From NCBI GenBank assembly GCA_029855935.1, contig JAGSHN010000012.1, forward strand, positions 128,001-192,000: DNA of 64,000 nt, given 5' to 3'. A model generated the notes under the pieces. It saw only the letters and a program-made list of their open reading frames with translations. It ran no database searches and was not told the DNA's origin. This stretch comes from Candidatus Thorarchaeota archaeon (GTDB taxonomy: Archaea > Asgardarchaeota > Thorarchaeia > Thorarchaeales > Thorarchaeaceae). Below are positions 1-9,001 of the stretch, in pieces. Positions within the stretch are counted from its first letter, which is position 1. Each line of letters opens with the position of its first letter. The position numbers and the translations under genes were made by a program.

Positions 1-29
1 GACAGCTGTCCCCGAAGAGAGACTCGCCG

Positions 30-527
30 ATGAAAAGCATACGGGTGAACCTTGAGCAGGATGTCCTCGACAGGGTCGACAGAGTCGCGGGCCCGGGCGG
101 TCGTCAGAGGTTCATCCGCGAGGCAATCCTCTGGCGTCTCGACAGAGAGATTCCTCCCTTCGTCACTGAACTTGAGTCGCGCCTCAATGAACTGGAGAGT
201 CGTGTCTCACGTCTGGAGGATCTTCATGGGCCGCAGACGTTCGCAGGCGAGTTGAGCGACGTGGTCACACGGCAGGTCTGCAGAGACGATCTCGAGCGGC
301 GAATCCTTACCTATTTCCTCCGTCACGGTGGTGCCACAACGCCTGAGCTCGCGGAGGCCCTCCTTGGGGACAGCAGAAAACGACGTACAATTCTTAGCAG
401 GATGGAGGGCATCAATAGGCGCGCCACGGAGCTGCTTGGCGCCCCGCTCTTCAGACTCGAGAAGGGAGTTGTCAGAGGAAAGCGCGGCGCGTGGTGGTTG
501 ACGGACGTGGACCTACTCAGACGATGA
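30..527 (+). CDS. Putative regulator: CopG-like ribbon-helix-helix + short coiled coil + winged helix
   Basis: N-term MKSIRVNLEQDVLDRVD...RQRFIREAI fits RHH; heptads LESRLNELESRVSRLE; C-term LERRILTYFLRHGGATTPELAEALL fits wHTH. Confidence 0.65.
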   Translation: MKSIRVNLEQDVLDRVDRVAGPGGRQRFIREAILWRLDREIPPFVTELESRLNELESRVSRLEDLHGPQTFAGELSDVVTRQVCRDDLERRILTYFLRHGGATTPELAEALLGDSRKRRTILSRMEGINRRATELLGAPLFRLEKGVVRGKRGAWWLTDVDLLRR

Positions 528-658
528 TTGAGATCTGGGGGTACACACATGGTCTTCGTGTTGGTGGGCTGGGACTAGGACTGCGCCCCACGGGGCTATC
601 ATCTTGTGGATGTGCTCCAGAGCAAATCTTTAAAGAACTGCCACTGACCCTGATAATC

Positions 659-736
659 GGGGCCGTAGTCTAGCTTGGATAAGGCGCCAGCCTCCGGAGT
701 TGGTCTTCCCCGGTTCGAATCCGGGCGGTCCCGCCA
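659..736 (+). tRNA. tRNA-Arg(CCG), intronless, CCA encoded
   Basis: Acceptor GGGGCCG/CGGTCCC, anticodon arm CCAGC-CTCCGGA-GTTGG, T loop GTTCGAATC, 3' GCCA; TTTAAA box ~25 nt upstream. Confidence 0.96.
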
Positions 737-787
737 TCTCCTTCTCCGATTGCCCCTGAGCCGCTCCAGACCTAGTGTGGTGCTTAT

Positions 788-1033
788 ATGAGCCCCTCAA
801 CACAGGATGACGAGGAGACCGTATTGAGTGTCGTCAACCAGCATGTGCCGGAGGCAGAGGGCGACGAGGGTCATAGTATTGCCCGCAGGCTTGAGAGGTA
901 TCTCAACAGCAGCCTAGGTTGGATGATAATGAATCATCTTGAGGACGGTGAGAGCTTTGTCCTTCGTGTGGAGCGAGAACGGGTGCGCGTGACGAAGAGA
1001 AACGGGCGTGCGATAGTCGAAGTCCTCGGCTGA
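788..1033 (+). CDS. Small hypothetical protein between the two tRNA-Arg genes
   Basis: 81-aa ORF with protein-like alpha/beta composition filling the inter-tRNA gap. Confidence 0.55.
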   Translation: MSPSTQDDEETVLSVVNQHVPEAEGDEGHSIARRLERYLNSSLGWMIMNHLEDGESFVLRVERERVRVTKRNGRAIVEVLG

Positions 1034-1233
1034 GACAGCAATCAGGCATCCTCTCTGTTGTTCTGCGCCTGTCGCGAGCTGGCTAGATGCCGGCATCACA
1101 CCGCGATCAGCACAGGGTCTACAGTAATAGTTCCATACGCTCTCCGCGACAAACTGCCAGTCATCTCCCCCGACAGTCAGCAGTCGCATCCTCAGCGAAG
1201 AGTCTATAAGAGAAACGCTCGCTCCGAGTCAAC

Positions 1234-1311
1234 GGGGCCGTAGTCTAGCTTGGATAAGGCGCCAGCCTGCGGAGTTGGTAATCCCCGGTTCAAATCCGGG
1301 CGGTCCCGCCA
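1234..1311 (+). tRNA. tRNA-Arg(GCG), intronless, CCA encoded
   Basis: Same cloverleaf as 659-736 with anticodon loop CTGCGGA; T loop GTTCAAATC; TATAAG upstream. Confidence 0.96.
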
Positions 1312-1413
1312 TCTTTTCTTCTCTTGTACCGCCTACAATTCGAGAGCCTTATATGGCGTCTTTCACGGGCGACACGACCTGTCACTAACGGTACTGTCAT
1401 AGGGCTGTGAGAT

Positions 1414-2541
1414 ATGCAATTCATCCCTGGACGCATAGATAGAACGCATCGTTTGATGCGGAACGAGGGTATTGACGGGATCATAGTGACCCGTCCCTCA
1501 AACGTTCAATACCTGACAGGTTACGGCCAGACAAGGGATGATATGCCTGTCGCTTGCGTATTGGGGACGGACAGTCTTCCTGTTCTGATCATCCCCGACG
1601 GACTGCTTGTTTCTCTGCCTTCTGATTCTGTCTTGGGCAATGCCGTGGGATACAGCCGTCATGAGTACAACTATTGGGACTTCTCACTAGAGTCAGACTT
1701 CTGGCAGTGCATCTCAGAGGTCGTTAGAGGCGCATCGCTTGCTGACGGAGAGATAGGCCTAGAGCTGAACTGGCTGTCGGTGAGAGAGTTCGAGGGACTG
1801 AAGAAGCTCCTCCCTGACGCTGGCTTCCGCGACTTCTCCCAACAGCTCTGGCATCTGCGTTCGGTCAAGGACGCCGCCGAGATTGACGCCATCGTGCAGG
1901 CTGTCCGAATCGCTGAGATCGGGATGCGCACCGCACTGGAGCTTGTTCGTGCAGGTGAGTCTGAGATGGCCGCATCACTTGAGTCGGAGTCTGCGATGCG
2001 ACGCGCTGGCGGTCAGCAGCGAGGGATTCGCGCTGCGGTTCTGTGTGGTGCCCACGCACGTGACCCTCAGGCGCAGCCGGGAATGACACGCATCTCTGCG
2101 AAGGATATTGTTGTCATAGACGTGACTGTCAGCCTTGCTGGCTACTTTGCGGAGATATCACGGACCTGTCATCCTACCACTCCTAGTGTTCACCAACGGC
2201 GTCTCTTTGAATATAGCACCACCCTGCTGGAAACGCTTGCCGACGGCCTGAGCGCTGGAGAGGCGATAGGACCTGTTGTCGAGCGGTCGGTGAGGATGTG
2301 TCATCAGTCACTTCCCGAGTGTACGGTCAACGAGCCCCTCGGTAGCTCGATAGGACTTGACCTCCACGAACCGCCCTTCATCGAGTCTGCGTGTGACTCA
2401 GTGTTACGGGAGAATGCAGTAGTATCTCTCAGACCGACGTGCTCGTTGAGCGATGCTGGAACCGTACAGATTGCGGATATGTACCTCGTGACCCGTGATC
2501 GACTACATCGTCTAAGCCGGGTCTCTCTGGAGACACTGTGA
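1414..2541 (+). CDS. M24/Xaa-Pro aminopeptidase-fold protein (creatinase N-domain + pita-bread domain) with degenerate metal ligands
   Basis: SNVQYLTGY, LRSVKDAAEI, GYFAEISRT, IGLDLHEPP motifs. Confidence 0.85.
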   Translation: MQFIPGRIDRTHRLMRNEGIDGIIVTRPSNVQYLTGYGQTRDDMPVACVLGTDSLPVLIIPDGLLVSLPSDSVLGNAVGYSRHEYNYWDFSLESDFWQCISEVVRGASLADGEIGLELNWLSVREFEGLKKLLPDAGFRDFSQQLWHLRSVKDAAEIDAIVQAVRIAEIGMRTALELVRAGESEMAASLESESAMRRAGGQQRGIRAAVLCGAHARDPQAQPGMTRISAKDIVVIDVTVSLAGYFAEISRTCHPTTPSVHQRRLFEYSTTLLETLADGLSAGEAIGPVVERSVRMCHQSLPECTVNEPLGSSIGLDLHEPPFIESACDSVLRENAVVSLRPTCSLSDAGTVQIADMYLVTRDRLHRLSRVSLETL

Positions 2542-2546
2542 TGGCG

Positions 2547-3071
2547 TCACGGGACAGACTGCCACTTCTTTAGCTTCTGAAACACCAGAGATATGGTCTC
2601 TGCACGATGTTCCGCCTTTTCCAGCTCATCGCGGGACAGCTCGCGTATCTGGGCTGCGGGCGCCCCCGAATTGACGCTTCTTGGTGGGATAACGACGTTC
2701 GCTGGTACTATGGCTCCGGGGGCCAGTACCACACCCTCCCCCAACGTCGCGCCGTCGAAGACTACGCATCCCTCACCTATTGTCACTAGGTCGCCCAGAT
2801 ACACACCGTGAAGGACCGACGCCGTGCCAATGACAACTCGATTGCCTATGACGGCTGGATTGTCTTTGTTGTGCGCATGAATGACAACACTGTCTTGGAT
2901 GCAGCTCTCCTCTCCAATTCTGACTGGGGCCTCGTCGCCGCGAATGACGGCACCGGGCCAGATGCTCGTTCTGGCCCCAATCTCGACATCGCCTACTATC
3001 GTTGCCTGAGGACTCACGTATGCTGACTCGTCGATGCGTGGCATGACATCACGAAAAGGTAGGATTGGCAC
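2547..3071 (-). CDS. Gamma-carbonic anhydrase/YrdA-like hexapeptide-repeat protein
   Basis: PRIDESAYVSPQATIVGDVEIG, IWPGAVIRGD, CIQD, VLHG. Confidence 0.9.
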   Translation of the reverse strand: MPILPFRDVMPRIDESAYVSPQATIVGDVEIGARTSIWPGAVIRGDEAPVRIGEESCIQDSVVIHAHNKDNPAVIGNRVVIGTASVLHGVYLGDLVTIGEGCVVFDGATLGEGVVLAPGAIVPANVVIPPRSVNSGAPAAQIRELSRDELEKAEHRAETISLVFQKLKKWQSVP

Positions 3072-3176
3072 CTTCGAATCACTCCCTGTGCATATGTTCT
3101 ACGACAGATGCGTCATATAAACCATAATATCGCCTGCTCAATGTGATGACACCGAGATTGAGGTGGCGCGTGAGAG

Positions 3177-3548
3177 TCAGTCCCCCAAGAACTGTTCGAT
3201 TACCTCCTCGTACACCTCTGTGTCTCGCAGGCCGATTATGCGGTCAGTCTCTTGATATCCTCCGGTCAATCGACTGTACATCTTCACGCGCGCGGGCTTT
3301 CCGTCGAAGTAGACCAGGACGCACGGGATGGCTGTTATCTGATGTTCAATGGCAAACTCACGATATTCATCGACGTTGAGCTTCACGAAGGCGATATCGG
3401 GATTATGAGAGTGCTCTCTCTCAAGCTCTTCAAGACGCGGGGTCAGCGCCCTGCAGGGCCCACACCATGCAGCCCAGCAGTCGACGAAGACGAGTCGTTT
3501 CTCCTTTATGATCTCCTCAAGTTCCTCGGGACTGACGTCTCTGACCAT
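3177..3548 (-). CDS. trxA: Thioredoxin (WCGPC)
   Basis: VDCWAAWCGPC, KLNVDE, cis-Pro AIP. Confidence 0.92.
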   Translation of the reverse strand: MVRDVSPEELEEIIKEKRLVFVDCWAAWCGPCRALTPRLEELEREHSHNPDIAFVKLNVDEYREFAIEHQITAIPCVLVYFDGKPARVKMYSRLTGGYQETDRIIGLRDTEVYEEVIEQFLGD

Positions 3549-3751
3549 AGTCCGTTCCTCCTCTGCACTCAGTTATGATTGGGTGACCTACGCGGTTCCC
3601 TCTGTAAAGTGTTACGTCCTATACGTAGCTCCCCGTCCTTTCAGGATCGGGTCGGAGTAGCGCCATACCATCAGTCTCTCGGGCCGCGGGTCAGTCTGCA
3701 GTCCCTTTCACTGCATAACACATAGTTGTGAGAAAAAACAGGTCTAGAGGG

Positions 3752-3771
3752 GTGGGACCGTAGAGTCCCAC
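3752..3771 (-). terminator. Hairpin plus T-tract downstream of the second thioredoxin
   Basis: GTGGGAC-N6-GTCCCAC, followed on the minus strand by a T6 run. Confidence 0.45.
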
Positions 3772-3783
3772 AGAGTCCTCTGA

Positions 3784-4146
3784 CTATGCCGCTGCGTCAG
3801 CGAGCAGGTTCTGAATGATCTGTTCGTAGACCTCCTCGGGCATCACGCCGACAAGCTTGTCTAGCTTTCGGCCGCTCCCATCGTCAAATATGACTCGTCG
3901 TCCCTCACTGTAGACGAGGACACTGGGCACGCCCGTAATCTGATTGACCATGCTGAACTCTTGGTTCTGGTCCACGTCAATCTTGACGACCTTGAATCCC
4001 CTGTCGGCGTACTTCTCGTGAAGTTCCTCAAGGATTGGACTGAGTATCTTGCATGGGTGACACCAGACCGCATAGCAGTCCACGAATACAACTTTGTTCT
4101 CACTGATCACCTTGTCCAGCTGATCTGCATTGATCTCTTCGACCAT
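3784..4146 (-). CDS. Thioredoxin paralog (WCHPC); start moved to MVEEIN
   Basis: VDCYAVWCHPC, KIDVDQ, GVP; its N-terminus aligns with the paralog from ATG 4146. Confidence 0.9.
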   Translation of the reverse strand: MVEEINADQLDKVISENKVVFVDCYAVWCHPCKILSPILEELHEKYADRGFKVVKIDVDQNQEFSMVNQITGVPSVLVYSEGRRVIFDDGSGRKLDKLVGVMPEEVYEQIIQNLLADAAA

Positions 4147-4340
4147 CTTTATCACTTCATCTCCCGTTGCTTTACGGGCGGTTGTGTACGACTCGCGCAC
4201 AACCGCTAAAAAGCATTGTGATAGGTCCTCATCCCCGGTCCACCTCTCGTGAGAAGAAACAGCCCGTTGATGGCGTCTCTCACACTAAAACCTTCATAAG
4301 TGAAGCTCTACCGGCTGTTTCTAGTCGGGTGTGTACTCCA

Positions 4341-6986
4341 ATGCCAGTCCTGCACTGTGCGCGCTGCGGCTCGAAGCTGACAATCTTCAAGGCTGGCGGC
4401 ATATGGACCGTACGATGCAGCACGTGTGGGATTGAGTTGATGGTCGATGGGCGTTCGAAAGACCTCTTCGATGCCTACGAGGAGTTCACGGAGGGCGTGA
4501 TGTCTGGGCGTCTAAGACCCTCGGCTCCCAGAGCTCGGACTGCAGCGACAGAGGTTCTGAGTGTGGAGCCAACTACTCGTAGGCGAGCCCAGAGGGGCAA
4601 GTCCCCGGCACGCGTTGAGACACCCTCGGAGGTCAAGGCCAAGATCTTGGCCGGGGGGAGTCGGCTTGAGGATCTCCCCCGGGCCGTCAGGGCTCTGGTC
4701 GAGCGCGGTCGCGACTATCTCGTTTCGTACAAGTATATGCCAGCGACCGATGCAGACTACGGGGCGTCCATTGATGACATGCCCATACCAAACCGGCTGC
4801 GCGAGGTGCTGAAGAGGAGGGGAATCGACCGGCTGTATAGGTTCCAAGAGGAGGCGTTCGGTGCCATTCTTGATGGCCGTGACGTCGTCATCACGGCTCC
4901 GACAGGGCAGGGCAAGACGGAGGCATTCATCCTTCCAATCATATTGAGGCTCGTCAAGACAATCGATGAGGCGATGTTCAATCCAGGCGTCCGAGCGCTG
5001 CTAATCTATCCGACGAAGGCGCTTGCCCGTGATCAATACGAGAAGATACGAGAGATGTGCAGGGCCGCAAGCCTCATTACTGGAATCTTTGATGGTGATG
5101 TGTCGTCCTCCGAACGCGATAGGCTGTACGAACGTCCGCCCGACATACTGCTGACGAATCCTGATGTGCTTCACTATCATCTTGGATGGTCGAGGTCGCG
5201 TCTGACACCAATTCTGCGCTCGGTGCGATATGTTGTCCTAGATGAGATTCATCTCTATACCGGGTCAATGGGCGCCAATGTTTACTACATTCTCAAGCGG
5301 CTTGAGCTGGAAACCGGACGCCTACAGAAGATTGGTGCCTCTGCCACAGTTGCGAACCCCAAGGAGTTCGCCGACATGCTCTTTGACAGTGACACCTATC
5401 TCGTTCGCTCTGAGAGGGCCCGGAGGGGCCCGGTGCACTTTATGATGTATTATCCGGGAGAGCGAAGCAAGTACAGCATGATTACCGACATCGTGTCGAC
5501 ACTTATCCGTGGCGGATTCAAGACCCTCGTCTTCGGGAACACGCACAGCGAGGCCGAACTGCTGAACCTCCTGCTGCGGGAACAGGGAATCAAGTCAATG
5601 GTCCACCGCGCGGGCCTGCCAAAGAAGTACCGACTGGAAGTCGAGGACAGTTTTCGGAGGGGCGCTCTCCCAGTCATAGTCTCGACGCCGACGCTGGAGC
5701 TTGGCATAGACATTGGAGACCTCGACTGTGTAGTGAGCATGATTGTGTCGATAACTCGGCTGACGCAGCGTGTCGGACGTGCCGGGCGGAAGGGTCAGGA
5801 GAGCGTGGCAGTGCTGGCGCTGCGCGACAACGACCCCATCTCATCGTTCTACCGCTACAAACCTGAGAAGTACTTTACGGACATCGATGCGGCCTATATG
5901 GAGCCCGAGAACGAGGTGGTCGGACGCGTTCAGCTCATAGCTGCAGCCATGACGGGGAAGCTGAGGACCTCGATGTTTCCGCGTCAGATGCGACTGTTTG
6001 AATCGCTTCAGGAGGAGGGGCTGATCTCAATTGATGAGGATGGTACAGTACGTATCAAGGACTTCTCTCGTGCAAGGAAGATCTGGCACGAGTACAGCAT
6101 ACGTGGAATTGGCGATGTCGTGGAGATTCGCACAGAGCGCAAGAAGATTGGGGAGCGCACCATGCCAATGGCCGCGCAAGAGCTGCATCCTGGTGCCATC
6201 TATCTCCACGGAGGCAACGCCTATCGGTCTGTAGAGTTCAAGTATCGTCCTGGCCTCGGTAGGGCTCGTGTCGTCCCGTACCAGGGACCCAGGGTCTACA
6301 CTAGGCCGCTCTACTCAATAATGCCAGCAATAGTGCAGGTGCACGAGGCGAAGCAGGTACTTGGTATGAGAGTGATCTATTGTACCCTGCGAATGACACA
6401 GGAGGTAACGGGCTACCTCACGCTCGAGACACGCACTGGCAAAGTCATCGGAAAGGAGTGGCTGGCCGAGCCGCTCGTCTATAGCTATCTGACCAGGGGA
6501 ATCGCCTTCAAGGCGCCACCACCGAAGCGCTCAGTAGAGCAGTACTTGAAGAGGAATCTGGAGGACTCCAGAGGAATGCTGATGGGAGTCACGCAGCTCT
6601 ATGGTGGCGCTTACCATGCGCTTGAGCACGTCCTCATTGAGTCGAGTGACATGCTTACAGGAGGCAGCACGCGCGAGATCGGTGGTGTCTCGATGGGCGA
6701 CTCGGGTGTCATATTCGTCTACGATGGCAGTCCTGGCGGGAATGGCGCCTCCAAACTGCTCTTTTCAAGGCTGCCGGAAGCGTTTTCACGTGTGGAGACA
6801 ATACTGTCAAGATGCGAGTGCAAGACTGTAGACGGATGTCCCCTGTGCACGTACTCGTACCAGTGCGGCAACAACAATCAACCGCTCTTCAAGCCTGGCG
6901 CGCTGGAGAGCGTGAGACAGATTCTGAAGGGCGTCAGTACATCGATTGAGGATGACTCTCACATCGGGTATGAGCCTCTGGTCTGA
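4341..6986 (+). CDS. DEAD/DEAH-box helicase with DUF1998 Zn domain (Hrq1/MrfA/SftH family) and N-terminal Zn ribbon
   Basis: APTGQGKT, YPTKALARDQ, TNPD, DEIH, SAT, STPTLELGIDIG, QRVGRAGR, C-term CEC..DGCPLC.....C; start at MPVLHCARC. Confidence 0.93.
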   Translation: MPVLHCARCGSKLTIFKAGGIWTVRCSTCGIELMVDGRSKDLFDAYEEFTEGVMSGRLRPSAPRARTAATEVLSVEPTTRRRAQRGKSPARVETPSEVKAKILAGGSRLEDLPRAVRALVERGRDYLVSYKYMPATDADYGASIDDMPIPNRLREVLKRRGIDRLYRFQEEAFGAILDGRDVVITAPTGQGKTEAFILPIILRLVKTIDEAMFNPGVRALLIYPTKALARDQYEKIREMCRAASLITGIFDGDVSSSERDRLYERPPDILLTNPDVLHYHLGWSRSRLTPILRSVRYVVLDEIHLYTGSMGANVYYILKRLELETGRLQKIGASATVANPKEFADMLFDSDTYLVRSERARRGPVHFMMYYPGERSKYSMITDIVSTLIRGGFKTLVFGNTHSEAELLNLLLREQGIKSMVHRAGLPKKYRLEVEDSFRRGALPVIVSTPTLELGIDIGDLDCVVSMIVSITRLTQRVGRAGRKGQESVAVLALRDNDPISSFYRYKPEKYFTDIDAAYMEPENEVVGRVQLIAAAMTGKLRTSMFPRQMRLFESLQEEGLISIDEDGTVRIKDFSRARKIWHEYSIRGIGDVVEIRTERKKIGERTMPMAAQELHPGAIYLHGGNAYRSVEFKYRPGLGRARVVPYQGPRVYTRPLYSIMPAIVQVHEAKQVLGMRVIYCTLRMTQEVTGYLTLETRTGKVIGKEWLAEPLVYSYLTRGIAFKAPPPKRSVEQYLKRNLEDSRGMLMGVTQLYGGAYHALEHVLIESSDMLTGGSTREIGGVSMGDSGVIFVYDGSPGGNGASKLLFSRLPEAFSRVETILSRCECKTVDGCPLCTYSYQCGNNNQPLFKPGALESVRQILKGVSTSIEDDSHIGYEPLV

Positions 6987-7021
6987 CCGACGGTCCGGTT
7001 GATCGACCGACCCGCGAGTGG

Positions 7022-8992
7022 ATGAAGATGAGCAGATTCGAGATAGAACGCGGTCACGATGGTCCTGCAAGGCGTGGAAGGTGGGTCTCCCCTGTTGGAA
7101 TTATCGAAACTCCATTCCTTCTTGGCCCTCCCAACATCAAGGATGTTGATGCTGTGTATATTGTTCCCGACCACGACATACTCACGCAGGTGTCACAACC
7201 TACCGTGCTTGTTATGCCCACACTGCTTAGTGGGAGGAGTGCAGGTGAGGACATTCTCTCAGAGCGTTCGCCACTCGTTGCTGCCCCCTCTGTCGTGGGC
7301 GCCTCAGCTGTTTCATCCGAGATGGTCACCGCTCTGATTCGCGAACAGCTTCATATGGCGGGCGACCACGATGACCCATCGCGAGTGGTACTACGTCTTC
7401 CCCCAATTGACGATATGGCTCTGCTTGGGCCCTTGGTGACAGAGGCACACAACATAGGTGTACGTGCTGCGCTACTGCAGTTCGATGGGATGCTGGGTCG
7501 ACGCGATCTCAACTCGGTCATCATACGTTCTATGCTTCCGCGCAACTGGCTCACCATAGCTGTTGGTAGTATCGAACCCTGCCTCGTCCCACTGCTATCC
7601 TACATAGGCATTGATGGCTTTGATGTCAGTCGTGCGGATGAGGCCGCCAGACGGCACGAGCGACTGTGGCAGAACGGAACCGAATGTGTGACCAGCATCC
7701 ATGATGCGCGGTTCTGTGCGTGCACAGCCTGCACAATGGCCACGGACAGTGCGGAGGGTGATCTGGAGTCTGTGTTGAGAGGGCACAACATTCACATCTA
7801 TCGCACTGTGCTCTCCGAGGCAGTGCACGCCCGGTCAAGAGGTCTACTCAGATGGCTTGTTGAATCAATGACACACGTGTCACCGGGGATGGCTACGTTT
7901 CTCCGCAGAGTGGACCGCGCTGTCTATCCTTACATTGAGGAGTTTACGCCGACGGTCGGGCCGTCTTATCTCCCTCTCATAGGCCCGGAGTCCTATCACG
8001 CTGCAGCTGTTGCGCGATTCCGACAACGGCTGGCTGAGAGATATAGTCCACCGGAGGATAAGCAGATTGTTCTATTGTTGCCCTGCTCTGCACGGAAGCC
8101 GTACTCGGAGTCACGTTCTCACCGGAGATTCATAGAAACGATAGAGTCCGCCCTGCAGGGAGCCAGATCTGCAGTCGCAGAGGTCGTGATCACATCCCCT
8201 CTCGGAGTCGTCCCACGTGAGCTGGAACGCCTGTACCCCGCTGCACAGTACGACATACCTGTCACTGGCGACTGGGATGCCGAGGAGATTCGGATTGCAG
8301 CCGAGGCCCTGCGGACACACTTGAGCAAGTTCAGCAGCGATGTCGTCGTGGTGGCTCACACCTCCGGTGGGTATGCCGATGTACTTCGTGCCGCACAGGA
8401 CGATATCGACCAGAGCATAATCTATACGATACAGGGAGGCTCTGCCACGTCAGACGAAGCTCTCGAGTCGCTCCGAGAGACTCTCAGTGATGTGGGTGGC
8501 CTTCTCGGCCTTCAGGTTTCGTATGAGGGTCGCTCTGATAGACGTCGCCGTCGTCCTCGGAACGCGCTTGTGGGAGAGACACTGAGAGCAACAGCTGACT
8601 TCCAGTTCGGCCCCGGTGCGGGATCGCTCCTTGTTCCTGACAGCGCCCGCCTGAGAGGACGACTATATGCAACGGTCACATGCACAGTGGAGGGGCAGCA
8701 ACTCTGCTCATACGTTGGTTCCACGGGACTACTCTCTCTGACGCTTGCGGGGGCACGCCGAATATCCTCCTTGGGAAACTATTGGGTACGTTTTGATGGT
8801 GAAACACTGAGAGGTGGTTCCCTCTTTGCAGTTGCAGTGACAGATGCAGACCCTCTGATCCGGCCCGGTGACGAGGTGATAGTTCTGAACACCGATGGCG
8901 AGGTTGTCGGAGTGGGACGCAGTGAGATGTCTGGTCGTGAGATGTGTGAGTTTGACAATGGCCGCGCAGTCTCGATACGACACAAGGAGTAG
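7022..8992 (+). CDS. arcS: Archaeosine synthase subunit ArcS (TGT-like + DUF5591 + PUA)
   Basis: DGPARRG, LLPCSARKPYSESRSH, TSPLGVVPRELE, YDIPVTGDW, C-term PUA (IRPGDEV). Confidence 0.92.
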   Translation: MKMSRFEIERGHDGPARRGRWVSPVGIIETPFLLGPPNIKDVDAVYIVPDHDILTQVSQPTVLVMPTLLSGRSAGEDILSERSPLVAAPSVVGASAVSSEMVTALIREQLHMAGDHDDPSRVVLRLPPIDDMALLGPLVTEAHNIGVRAALLQFDGMLGRRDLNSVIIRSMLPRNWLTIAVGSIEPCLVPLLSYIGIDGFDVSRADEAARRHERLWQNGTECVTSIHDARFCACTACTMATDSAEGDLESVLRGHNIHIYRTVLSEAVHARSRGLLRWLVESMTHVSPGMATFLRRVDRAVYPYIEEFTPTVGPSYLPLIGPESYHAAAVARFRQRLAERYSPPEDKQIVLLLPCSARKPYSESRSHRRFIETIESALQGARSAVAEVVITSPLGVVPRELERLYPAAQYDIPVTGDWDAEEIRIAAEALRTHLSKFSSDVVVVAHTSGGYADVLRAAQDDIDQSIIYTIQGGSATSDEALESLRETLSDVGGLLGLQVSYEGRSDRRRRRPRNALVGETLRATADFQFGPGAGSLLVPDSARLRGRLYATVTCTVEGQQLCSYVGSTGLLSLTLAGARRISSLGNYWVRFDGETLRGGSLFAVAVTDADPLIRPGDEVIVLNTDGEVVGVGRSEMSGREMCEFDNGRAVSIRHKE

Positions 8993-9001
8993 AGTCCAGA
9001 G

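Noticed and set aside
737-1233. Integrated element between tRNA direct repeats
   Set aside because: Both tRNAs are full length with different anticodons and their own promoters; there is no integrase and only ~500 bp between them.
3549-3750. ~200-nt intergenic gap as a possible ncRNA
   Set aside because: No convincing C/D boxes or cloverleaf seen; cannot be supported without covariance search.
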